Of a stretch of DNA of 32,000 bases, positions 17,921 through 25,627 are shown piece by piece. The stretch is taken from positions 1,530,001 to 1,562,000 of the forward strand of contig NC_008578.1 in NCBI RefSeq assembly GCF_000015025.1. Direction: 5' to 3'. The position numbers were made by a program, and so were the translations under genes. Under the pieces are notes generated by a model. The model was given only the letters and a program-made list of their open reading frames with translations. It had not been told where the DNA came from and did no database searches. Every line of letters starts with the position of its first letter. The first letter of the stretch is position 1. The DNA is from Acidothermus cellulolyticus 11B (lineage in GTDB: Bacteria > Actinomycetota > Actinomycetes > Acidothermales > Acidothermaceae).

Positions 17921-19674
17921 GATCCGTCACCCCAGCTCACAGCGTCCCATATCTGGGCGCCCCACATCCGCGCATCCCAGACATCAGCGCCCCACATCCG
18001 CGCACCCCACATACGGGCGCCCCACATCCGCGCATCCCACGAGCCGGCGCCCCACATCCGCGCACCCCACATCCGGGCCTCCCAGGAATCGGCGCCCCAC
18101 ATCCGCGCGTCCCAGGAATCGGCACCCCACATACGGGCACCCCACATCCGCGCATCCCACGAGTCGACGCCCCACATCCGCGCACCCCACATCCGGGCGC
18201 CCCACATCCGGGCGAGCGGCCAGACCGGCGCCCAGTAGGAGACCGTCGAGAACCACTGCCGCAGATTGAGACCCTGCTCACCGGTGTTGAGCGGACGCGC
18301 GTCCCCGTCGCCCGGGACACCCACGAGTCCCTGGCCGTCGGCGTACCCGGGCTGAATCGGCGTGGCGGCGTTGCGGATGGCGGACTTGACCACCCACGGG
18401 TTGGCATGCGGGTGCGCTTGCAGGTACAGCGCCGCGAGACCGCTGACGATTGCGGTGGACTGGCTGGTGCCGGAGCCGCGGAACAGCCCATTGGGTTGGC
18501 GCCCATTGGGGAATTGTTGCGCAATCACCGTGTCTGCCGGCATTTCGCCCAGGATGTTGACACCTGCGGCGACGACGTCCGGCTTGACAATGCCGTCGAC
18601 GTTGCCATAGCCGCTGAAGCTGGCGACCACCGGGGTGTCGCCGGTGGTGTCCGCGGCGCCGACGGTCAAGGCATCCGGCGAGAAACCGGGATCACCCACC
18701 ACACCGGGGGTATTGCCGGAAGCCACGACGACGGTGACTCCGGCGTACCGGGTCAGGGTGACGGCGAAATTCAGCGGATCGATGCCGTAGCCGGACGTCG
18801 GCGGCGTCACGCTCATCGACAGGTTGGCCACGTCGACCGAATTCGCGTGGGTGGCGACCCAGTTGAGTCCGGCGATGACCGCCGCGAGCGAGCTCCGGCC
18901 GGTGTCGTCGGCGACCTTGACGACGTCAACGGTCGCCCCGGGGGCCACGCCGAGCGCCGTACCGTTCGTGCCATCAACCACGCCGCCGGCGATCAGCGAT
19001 GCCATGAAGGTGCCGTGGCCGTAGCCGTCTGTGAACGTGCCGTTCTCGACAACGTGACCACCGCGGGTGTTCAGCCCGGAGGTGTCAACGGCGTCCACGA
19101 GCCGACCGGAGGCGCGATCAAGCGCCGGCGTGTCGCTGACGCCGGTGTCGATCAGGGCGACCGTGACACCGGCGCCGGCCCCCGGCTGGCCGGCCGGGGC
19201 GCCAAGCGTCGTCGGCGCGAGAACGCCGTCAACCGGCGAACTGCCGGAGTCACCGGACGTAGCGCCGCTGCTGCCGGAGTCGCTGGACGTATCGGCGGCC
19301 CCGCTGCTGCCGGACGAGCTCTGGTCGGTGCCGCCGCCCTGGGCGCCTCCGTCATGACCGCCGCCTCTGCCCCCACGGCCGTAGGCAAACCCGGCGACGT
19401 CAACGGCAACGTTGGGCGCGACACCGAGGACCCCCGGCTGCTGCGCCAGTGCGGTGAGCGCCGCCGTGTCGCCGGTGACGACCTCGACGTGGACGGCGTC
19501 CAGCAGAGCCTGCAGGTGCACACCCGGAACGAGCACGGGCGCGGTCCCCGCGAGAGCGACGACCGCTTGCTGCTGAGCGGTTTCGGCTGCGGCCGGGGTC
19601 GCCGCCACCATGCCGAGCGCTGCTGCCAGTGTGGCCCCGGCGGCCAGCCATCTGCGGAGTGCCTGCACGATCAT
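17917..19674 (-). CDS. secreted subtilisin-like serine protease (peptidase S8) with C-terminal Trp-pentapeptide repeat tail
   Basis: Catalytic contexts are VTVALIDTGV (Asp), GYGHGTFMASLIAGG (His), VVVASGNTPG (oxyanion Asn) and GSGTSQSTAIVSG (Ser). The start is placed at ATG 19674, with purine-rich GAGGGGA just upstream. The N-terminus MIVQALRRWLAAGATLAAALGMVAATPAAA/ETAQ looks like a Sec or Tat signal. A propeptide-like segment is followed by a Gly/Ser-rich linker (about 19234-19383). The ORF-track start (TTG 19983) is rejected. Confidence 0.85.
   Translation of the reverse strand: MIVQALRRWLAAGATLAAALGMVAATPAAAETAQQQAVVALAGTAPVLVPGVHLQALLDAVHVEVVTGDTAALTALAQQPGVLGVAPNVAVDVAGFAYGRGGRGGGHDGGAQGGGTDQSSSGSSGAADTSSDSGSSGATSGDSGSSPVDGVLAPTTLGAPAGQPGAGAGVTVALIDTGVSDTPALDRASGRLVDAVDTSGLNTRGGHVVENGTFTDGYGHGTFMASLIAGGVVDGTNGTALGVAPGATVDVVKVADDTGRSSLAAVIAGLNWVATHANSVDVANLSMSVTPPTSGYGIDPLNFAVTLTRYAGVTVVVASGNTPGVVGDPGFSPDALTVGAADTTGDTPVVASFSGYGNVDGIVKPDVVAAGVNILGEMPADTVIAQQFPNGRQPNGLFRGSGTSQSTAIVSGLAALYLQAHPHANPWVVKSAIRNAATPIQPGYADGQGLVGVPGDGDARPLNTGEQGLNLRQWFSTVSYWAPVWPLARMWGARMWGARMWGVDSWDARMWGARMWGADSWDARMWGADSWEARMWGARMWGAGSWDARMWGARMWGARMWGADVWDARMWGAQIWDAVSWGDGS
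17929..18213 (-). repeat. 19 contiguous in-frame 15-nt units encoding ARMWG (x12) and VDSWD/ADSWD/ADSWE/AGSWD/ADVWD/AQIWD/AVSWG
   Basis: Read directly from the sequence (units such as gccccacatccgcgc on the + strand). Trp (cca on the + strand) is present in every unit. The units differ at synonymous positions. The array ends 9 nt before the stop codon. Confidence 0.95.
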
Positions 19675-19898
19675 CCGTCCCCTCGCGTCTCGTCGACGTG
19701 GAGCCCGGTCGACTCCCTGCTGGAGGTGTCGGCATCCGCGGCATCCAACTGTTGCAGGAGGCAGCAAACCGCCCGATCGGAGCAAGCCGGCAGGACGAGC
19801 GGCCGTATCGATACCCCGAAACAGCCCAAGAACGGGACGAAACTGGATAATCTGACGCCACTCGCGCTGGGCGGTTGGCACGGCGGCTCGCTGCGGCC

Positions 19899-19983
19899 TC
19901 GCCCGGCCGAGCACCGCGGCAAGGAACGCCCGTGGCGAGACGGCGTTCGCCACTATGTGTCGCCCGGCCGAGCACCGCGGCAA
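19899..19983. repeat. perfect 24-bp direct repeat pair TCGCCCGGCCGAGCACCGCGGCAA (19899-19922 and 19960-19983); candidate operator
   Basis: Both copies are identical and lie 61 bp apart start to start, inside the divergent intergenic region between the protease operon and the response-regulator gene. Coordinates are confirmed by two ORF-track entries that both begin MPRCSAGR at 19922 and 19983. Confidence 0.9.
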
Positions 19984-20118
19984 ATGACCGACAGCCGGTT
20001 ACCGCGAATGCAGCACGCAAGGGTCGGCGAATGCTTCAGCCCGCGGCCGCCGCATCCGATGACTCCGGGTGACACCGGGTCGGGTAAGCCGACCTCGACG
20101 AGCAGAGGAGGGACCAGG

Positions 20119-20796
20119 GTGACGGCGTTGGCCGAGCACGTGCCGCCCCAGCCGGGGAACTCCGCGGGTTTCACCGCAATGGTGGTCGACGACCACCCGT
20201 TGGTCCGCGAATCCATGGTGAGCCGGCTCACCGCGATGGGGGCGCGGGAGGTGATAGAAGCGGCCAGTTGCGCCGAGGCCAGGGCCCGGGCCCGGTCGGT
20301 CGGACCGTGCGACGTCTGCATCGTGGACGTCGGCCTCCCCGACGGTTCAGGGCTCGATTTGATCGCTGAACTGCGGGCCGCGGGATGGCCCCGGCTCGTC
20401 GTCCTCTCCGCCGCTGACGACCCGTACTCGGTGCGCGCAGCCTTTGTCGCGGGCGCGCAGGGGTATCTGCTGAAATCCGCCTCGCCGGTGGTGGTCACCG
20501 ACGGGGTGCGCCGAGTGCTGGACGGCGGTGTGTACGCCGACCCCGCCGTGGCCTCCCTCCTGGCGGCTGGGCTGCGCAACAACGCCAGCAACGAAGGCAT
20601 CGGTGACCTCTCCAGCCGGGAGATCGAGGTACTCCGGTTGGTCGCCGACGGTCGGTCCAACAAGGAAATCGGGGACCAGCTCGGACTCTCGGCACTGACC
20701 GTCAAGAGCCACCTGGCCCGCATCGCCCGCAAGCTCGGCACTGGGGACCGCGCCGAGATGGTGGCGCTCGCGATGCGCGCCGGCATCATTCGGTGA
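20119..20796 (+). CDS. response regulator, NarL/LuxR family (REC + HTH)
   Basis: Receiver motifs are VVDDHPLV, CIVDVGLPDGSG (phospho-Asp context) and YLLKS. The C-terminal LuxR HTH is LSSREIEVLRLVADGRSNKEIGDQLGLSALTVKSHLARI. The GTG at 20119 is preceded by AGAGGAGGGA. The ATG at 20179 is an alternative start. Upstream in-frame codons have poor GC3 and are rejected. Confidence 0.88.
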   Translation: MTALAEHVPPQPGNSAGFTAMVVDDHPLVRESMVSRLTAMGAREVIEAASCAEARARARSVGPCDVCIVDVGLPDGSGLDLIAELRAAGWPRLVVLSAADDPYSVRAAFVAGAQGYLLKSASPVVVTDGVRRVLDGGVYADPAVASLLAAGLRNNASNEGIGDLSSREIEVLRLVADGRSNKEIGDQLGLSALTVKSHLARIARKLGTGDRAEMVALAMRAGIIR

Positions 20797-20860
20797 GTGC
20801 CGGCGTCATCTGGCGCGCGCGACAGCCTCGCGGCATCATTCGGTGAGTCCCGGCGTCATC
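20781..20860. repeat. 30-bp direct duplication (1 mismatch) of the response-regulator 3' end including its stop codon
   Basis: CGGCATCATTCGGTGAGTGCCGGCGTCATC at 20781-20810 and CGGCATCATTCGGTGAGTCCCGGCGTCATC at 20831-20860. The first copy contains the real TGA (20794-20796). Confidence 0.9.
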
Positions 20861-20961
20861 GGATACGCGGGTTTACATCCTGACCCAAACCAAGGTGTCC
20901 GATCGGTTGAGCACGCGCCGCGCGGCCGCCTTCCCACCGGCCGGCTCGTTACCGTTGGGTC

Positions 20962-22212
20962 GTGTCCGACTCTCCACTCGTTGCGAAGGTTCGACCGCAT
21001 CTGAGTCTGCGGGACGGTACGCCGGATGTGGTCGACACACCGGAGAAGCTGGCCGCTGCAGTCCGCGCACTGGCGGCGGCCGACGGACCGGTCGCCGTCG
21101 ACGCCGAGCGGGCCTCGGCCTACCGGTACGGGCATCGGGCCTATCTCGTCCAACTGCGCCGGCCGGGTGCAGGCACGTTCCTCATTGACCCGCTCCCCTT
21201 CGCCAACCTGCGGCCGGTGCATGAGGCGCTCTCGACAGCCGAGTGGATCGTACACGCCGCAGCACAGGATTTGCCGTGCCTCGCTGAACTCGGCCTGCGG
21301 CCCGCTCGATTGTTTGACACCGAGCTCGCCGCCCGGCTTGCCGGCTATCCCCGGGTTGGGCTTGCCGCGATGGTGGAGGAGCTTCTCGGTTTCCGGCTGA
21401 ACAAGGACCACGCCCGGGTCGATTGGTCACGGCGCCCCTTACCGGAATCGTGGTTGCGCTACGCGGCACTCGACGTCGAAGTTCTCGTTGAACTAAGGGA
21501 GATTTTGCATACCGAGCTGCAGCGTCAAGGAAAACTGCGTTGGGCGGTCGAGGAATTCGAGCATGTGCGTACCGCGCCGCCTCCGTCGTCACCGGTGGAA
21601 CGGTGGCGGCGGGTCTCGGGAATTCATCAGGTTCGGGGACGGCGTCAGCTGGCCGTCGTCCGGGAACTTTGGCATGCCCGTGACCGTCGTGCCCGCGAAC
21701 TGGATATGTCGCCCGGCAAAGTGCTCTCAGACTCGGCAATCATCCGCGCCGCGACCGGAAAATTCCGGAGCAAGAAAGAACTCGCCGCAACCCCGGAATT
21801 CTCCGCCCGGCCGGCACGGGAATTCCTCGACGAGTGGTGGGACGCCATCGGGCGGGCGACGGCGTGCGGTGAGGCGGAACTTCCCGCGCCGACGCCGAAT
21901 ATTGACGGTCCGCCGCCCGCGCATCGCTGGTCGGAGGCGAGCCCGGACGCCGCCGCCCGGCTTTCGGTCGCGAAAACCGTCGTCGCTGCTCTCGCCGACG
22001 AACACCGGCTGCCGGCCGAGAATCTGCTGGCACCGGACGTCGTCCGCCGGCTCGCCTGGCAGCCACCGCATTCGCTGGATGATCACGCTGTCGCGACCGC
22101 GTTACGGCGGCTCGGCGCCCGGCCTTGGCAGGTCGGCCTGACCGCAGAACCGCTCGCCAAGGCGCTGCGACGTGTCGAGCTGCATGAGCTGAGGCATTCA
22201 ACCTCGCCGTAG
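20962..22212 (+). CDS. rnd: ribonuclease D (DEDD 3'-5' exonuclease + HRDC)
   Basis: 416-aa ORF with DEDDy motifs in PVAVDAERASAYRY, IVHAAAQDLPCL and RYAALDVEVL. An HRDC-like segment follows (VLSDSAIIRAA...). Confidence 0.87.
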   Translation: MSDSPLVAKVRPHLSLRDGTPDVVDTPEKLAAAVRALAAADGPVAVDAERASAYRYGHRAYLVQLRRPGAGTFLIDPLPFANLRPVHEALSTAEWIVHAAAQDLPCLAELGLRPARLFDTELAARLAGYPRVGLAAMVEELLGFRLNKDHARVDWSRRPLPESWLRYAALDVEVLVELREILHTELQRQGKLRWAVEEFEHVRTAPPPSSPVERWRRVSGIHQVRGRRQLAVVRELWHARDRRARELDMSPGKVLSDSAIIRAATGKFRSKKELAATPEFSARPAREFLDEWWDAIGRATACGEAELPAPTPNIDGPPPAHRWSEASPDAAARLSVAKTVVAALADEHRLPAENLLAPDVVRRLAWQPPHSLDDHAVATALRRLGARPWQVGLTAEPLAKALRRVELHELRHSTSP

Positions 22213-22307
22213 CCGATCCGGTGGCCCGAGGCAGCGGACGCTTCCTCGGCACTGGGCACAGGACGCTAGCCGTCCCCGACACCCGACGCCGCACGCTCAC
22301 CGCCTGC

Positions 22308-22348
22308 GCCCGCCGACGCACCGACCCTGCCCGCCGACGCACCGACCC
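22308..22348. repeat. tandem 21-bp repeat x2 (GCCCGCCGACGCACCGACCC at 22308-22327 and 22329-22348)
   Basis: Two perfect 20-nt copies separated by a single T, in the 257-bp spacer between rnd and the next CDS. Confidence 0.85.
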
Positions 22349-22469
22349 CGGGCGGTAACACGCGGACCTCACGAGACACGGTTTTCCCAACCGTCACGTT
22401 TTCGTCTCTCGGGGTATCGGGGGCAACCTGCGAGGGGTACCGTCCTACGTATAGCCGGAGGAGGGGGGC

Positions 22470-23345
22470 GTGGCGCCAGCACGTAATCAGTCCGACGCCG
22501 AGAGTTCGGCGTCGTCTGTCGCACTGCGGCAATGCCTGCTCGCGGTGAGCGTCACCGCCGACATCGACCTCACCCCGACCGACGACGGAGCCGTCATTGC
22601 GGGCGTGCCTGTGGTGCGGCTGACATTCTCCGAAGTGGCCGAGGCGATCCGCAACGCGGCGCCGCAGACCGCCCTGGCTCGTCGCAGATTGCTCCGCTGG
22701 ATAAGGCTCCGGCGGGCTCTTGCGGAGCGGAGCATCGACGAGCTCGCCGAATCAGCCCGCCCGGTTGGCCTGCCGATCGGACACGAATTGCACCCCGGGC
22801 CGGACTGGGTGTGCGAGCACATCCTCGGCGGATGCCTCGACCTCGGGATCGGCATCGTCGGACTGGACGACGCCGATCCGCAGCGGGTTGTCGTTGTCCC
22901 ACCCGGGGTGTTCCGCGCCACGAACATTGACACCACGGAGTGGTGGCGGGCGGCGTACGAGTATCTGGAGAACATGGGCGCATTGGCGACCGTGCGGTGG
23001 CGCCGGGAACCACGGCGGCCCCTCCACCCGATGGGCGATTGCGACGTGGTGACGCTGCTCGGCTCTGCGGTGTTCCGGGGTGCCATCGCGGCCGACGCGG
23101 GCGGGATGCGCGCCGTCGCAGCCCCCATGCGCCATCGCGGTTGGCTTGAGTTGTCGCGGATCGATCCGGCGTTTGTGCGCGCCGCCGCCATGCTCACCGA
23201 CGACGAGAATCGCGGCTTCGTCCGCCCGGTTCTCGTCACCGCCGATGAAGTCTGCCTTGCCGGGGACGGCGACGGCGTACGGATCGTGCTGCGGGATCCC
23301 GCCGCCCGCGACGAGCGGTGGCTGCGCGACGTCCTGTATCACTAA
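22470..23345 (+). CDS. hypothetical protein (no domain recognised)
   Basis: 291-aa ORF. The GTG is preceded by a very strong SD (GGAGGAGGGG, 22457-22466). Codon usage appears consistent with its neighbours. I recognise no motif. Confidence 0.6.
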   Translation: MAPARNQSDAESSASSVALRQCLLAVSVTADIDLTPTDDGAVIAGVPVVRLTFSEVAEAIRNAAPQTALARRRLLRWIRLRRALAERSIDELAESARPVGLPIGHELHPGPDWVCEHILGGCLDLGIGIVGLDDADPQRVVVVPPGVFRATNIDTTEWWRAAYEYLENMGALATVRWRREPRRPLHPMGDCDVVTLLGSAVFRGAIAADAGGMRAVAAPMRHRGWLELSRIDPAFVRAAAMLTDDENRGFVRPVLVTADEVCLAGDGDGVRIVLRDPAARDERWLRDVLYH

Positions 23346-23355
23346 GCCGGCTAAA

Positions 23356-23384
23356 CCGGCGCGAAGCGTTGAACGCCGCGCCGG
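23356..23384. terminator. candidate intrinsic (I-shaped, no U-tract) hairpin between convergent genes
   Basis: CCGGCGCG (23356-23363) pairs with CGCGCCGG (23377-23384). Beyond an AA bulge, 4 more pairs form (GCGT/ACGC) around a 3-nt loop. It begins 11 nt after the stop of the 291-aa CDS. Confidence 0.35.
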
Positions 23385-23508
23385 CCGGACGCCGCTTCCC
23401 CGCGGCGGCATCGCACCCGGCGCGTGCTCCGGTCTGGACGCCGGCCGCCCTGGCCCGGACGCCGCGGTCCGGACGCTGCCGGCTACCCTGCTCCGGACGC
23501 CGGCGGCG

Positions 23509-25410
23509 TCAGTCGATCACCGGCTGACGGTCGAGGCTGCCGAGGCTTGCAACGGTTTCAACCACAGAGCGGGCGATGTCCTGCGCGGACAATCCGATGT
23601 CGGCGAGCACTTGCGCCCGCTTGCCGTGCGCCAGGTAGCGCTGCGGGATCGCGTGAATGCGCACCGGGGTGTCCACGCCCTTGTCCCGCAACGCGAGCGA
23701 GAGCGTCGCTCCCGCCCCGCCCTGCCGGCAATTGTCTTCGATGGTGACCACGAGCGCGTACGCCGCGCAGAGCGTCAGCAGCGCCGGATCCATCGGCAGC
23801 AGATACCGCGGATCCACCACCGTGGCGGAAATACCGTGCGCGGCCAACCGGTCCGCGACCTCCAACGCGACGTGGCTCATCGGCCCGTAACCGACGAGCA
23901 GCACCTCGGCGTCGTCCGCCTGCCGGAGCACGTCCACACCGCCGATCCGGTCCACCGCCTCAACGTCGGCCGGCAATTCGCCTTTAGGAAAACGAATCGC
24001 GGTCGGCCCGTCGCTCACCGCGAGGACCTCGTGGAGCAATTCGCGCAGCCGCCGGGCGTCGCGCGGCAGAGCTATGCGCATCCCCGGCACGAGGGAAAGA
24101 ATCGCCAGATCCCACATGCCGTTGTGGCTCGGACCGTCATCTCCGGTGATCCCTGCGCGGTCGAGGACGAACGTGACCGGGAGGCCGTGCAGGCCGACGT
24201 CCATCAACACCTGGTCGAACGCCCGGTTGAGAAACGTCGAATACACGCAGACCACCGGGTGCAGGCCGCCCATCGCCATGCCCGCCGCAGAGGTCACCGC
24301 GTGCTGTTCGGCGATCCCAACGTCGAAGACGCGATCCGGATACGCCGCGGCGAATTCCGCCAGCCCTACCGGATGCAGCATCGCCGCCGTCAGCGCAACA
24401 ACGTCCGGGCGGTCCGCGCCGATCCGCACGATTTCCTCGGAGAAGACAGCCGTCCAGCTGCGGGGTTTGGGCATTTCCTTGCCGGTGCGCGGATCGAACG
24501 CACCCGGGCCGTGCAGGTGGTCAACTTCATCCCGCTCGGCCGGTGCGTAACCGTACCCCTTCCGCGTCACGCAATGCACGATGACCGGGCCGCCGAACCG
24601 CTTCGCTTGAAGAAAAGCATGCTCCATGGCGCCGATATCGTGGCCGTCGATCGGGCCAAGGTATTTCAACCCGAGGTCCTCAAAAAGTCCTTGCGGCGTA
24701 AGGACGTCTTTCAACCCCTTCTTGATGCCGTGCAGGGTGTCGTACAGCGCCTCCCCGACGAGTGGCGTACGGCTCAGCACGTCCTTGACGCGCGCCAGTA
24801 CCTTCTCGTAATTCGGGTTGGTGCGCAGTGCATTGAGATGCGCGGCCAGCCCGCCGATCGTCGGTGCGTACGACCGGCCGTTGTCGTTGACGACGATGAC
24901 GATGCTGCGATCCTTCGCCGCCGCAATGTTGTTGAGCGCCTCCCAGCACATTCCGCCGGTCAGGGCGCCGTCACCGACGACGGCGACAACGGTCCGCCTC
25001 TCCCCCCGCAGGGCGAGCGCTTTCGCCAGCCCGTCGGCGTAACTCAACGCGGTCGACGCGTGCGAATTCTCGATCCAGTCGTGCTCGGATTCAGCTCGTG
25101 ACGGGTAGCCCGAGAGACCCCCGCGTTGACGCAGCATCGCGAACCCGTCCCGCCGTCCGGTGAGAATCTTGTGGACGTACGCCTGGTGCCCGGTGTCGAA
25201 GAGAATCGGTTCGGACGGGGAATCGAAGACCCGGTGCAGGGCGATGGTGAGCTCGACGGCGCCAAGATTCGGGCCGAGATGGCCGCCGGTTCGTGACACC
25301 GCCTGCACGAGAAAGTCGCGGATCTCGCCGGCCAACCGGGTCAGCTGCGCATGATCGAGCGCACGCAGATCCTCGGGGGTGTTGACGGATTCCAGCAGAC
25401 CAATGGCCAC
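23509..25410 (-). CDS. dxs: 1-deoxy-D-xylulose-5-phosphate synthase
   Basis: Dxs blocks are [30 protein letters not shown] and the ThDP motif [19 protein letters not shown]. The start is set at GTG 25410 ([18 protein letters not shown]), which matches the usual Dxs N-terminus. The ORF-track start at 25476 would add 22 atypical residues. Confidence 0.92.
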   Translation of the reverse strand: MAIGLLESVNTPEDLRALDHAQLTRLAGEIRDFLVQAVSRTGGHLGPNLGAVELTIALHRVFDSPSEPILFDTGHQAYVHKILTGRRDGFAMLRQRGGLSGYPSRAESEHDWIENSHASTALSYADGLAKALALRGERRTVVAVVGDGALTGGMCWEALNNIAAAKDRSIVIVVNDNGRSYAPTIGGLAAHLNALRTNPNYEKVLARVKDVLSRTPLVGEALYDTLHGIKKGLKDVLTPQGLFEDLGLKYLGPIDGHDIGAMEHAFLQAKRFGGPVIVHCVTRKGYGYAPAERDEVDHLHGPGAFDPRTGKEMPKPRSWTAVFSEEIVRIGADRPDVVALTAAMLHPVGLAEFAAAYPDRVFDVGIAEQHAVTSAAGMAMGGLHPVVCVYSTFLNRAFDQVLMDVGLHGLPVTFVLDRAGITGDDGPSHNGMWDLAILSLVPGMRIALPRDARRLRELLHEVLAVSDGPTAIRFPKGELPADVEAVDRIGGVDVLRQADDAEVLLVGYGPMSHVALEVADRLAAHGISATVVDPRYLLPMDPALLTLCAAYALVVTIEDNCRQGGAGATLSLALRDKGVDTPVRIHAIPQRYLAHGKRAQVLADIGLSAQDIARSVVETVASLGSLDRQPVID

Positions 25411-25601
25411 CTTGCCTCTCTCGCCGGACCGAATCCGTGCGCCGCGGCCGGCACCGCAGTGGTGGTCGATCGCCACGGCCTGAGTCTAGTGGAACTTGAC
25501 CCATCGGGGCAGCCCCGGACCGGGTTTCGGCGACGCACCGCCCCGGCGAGACGGCCGGCCCGGCGGCCGGACCGGCTCTGCAGCGCAGGCCACGGCGGCC
25601 A

Positions 25602-25623
25602 GGCGGCCGGACCAGCGGCCGCC
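25602..25623 (-). terminator. candidate hairpin terminator just after the acn stop
   Basis: An 8-bp all-GC stem (25602-25609 pairs with 25616-25623) with a 6-nt loop, 5 nt downstream of the acn stop codon (25628-25630). No U-tract. Confidence 0.33.
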
Positions 25624-25627
25624 GCCG

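Noticed and set aside
17929-18213. Possible CRISPR array or non-coding satellite
   Set aside because: The units are contiguous 15-mers without spacers. They are in frame with, and terminate, an S8 protease CDS. No cas genes are present.
17619-18269. Plus-strand ORFs (17619-18269 and 17834-18238) with striking repeats such as SAHPTSRRPT / HIRAPHIRAS
   Set aside because: They are the antisense reading of the minus-strand ARMWG array. They lie inside two well-supported minus-strand genes and have no RBS or recognisable domain.
19675-19983. N-terminal extension of the protease ORF to TTG 19983 (688 aa)
   Set aside because: The extension is Arg/Pro-rich with no signal peptide and starts inside the 24-bp repeat. 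ATG 19674 has an upstream purine-rich RBS and a signal-peptide-like N-terminus.
18406-20118. The first 571 codons of the 796-aa plus-strand ORF that ends as the response regulator
   Set aside because: They are antisense to the protease gene and Arg/Gly-rich. The receiver domain begins only after GTG 20119, which has a strong SD.
23384-23510. Five copies of C[CT]GGACGC[CT]G and a small GACGCC-GGC-GGCGTC hairpin in the spacer before the dxs stop
   Set aside because: The motif is short and GC-rich, the spacing is irregular (49, 21, 14, 24 bp), and the hairpin has a 3-nt loop and 6-bp stem that overlaps the stop codon. This is compatible with low-complexity GC-rich sequence.
25411-25476. 22-codon N-terminal extension of dxs ([12 protein letters not shown]...)
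   Set aside because: The conserved Dxs N-terminus begins at VAIGLLESV (GTG 25410). The extension is not Dxs-like. It remains a possible alternative start.
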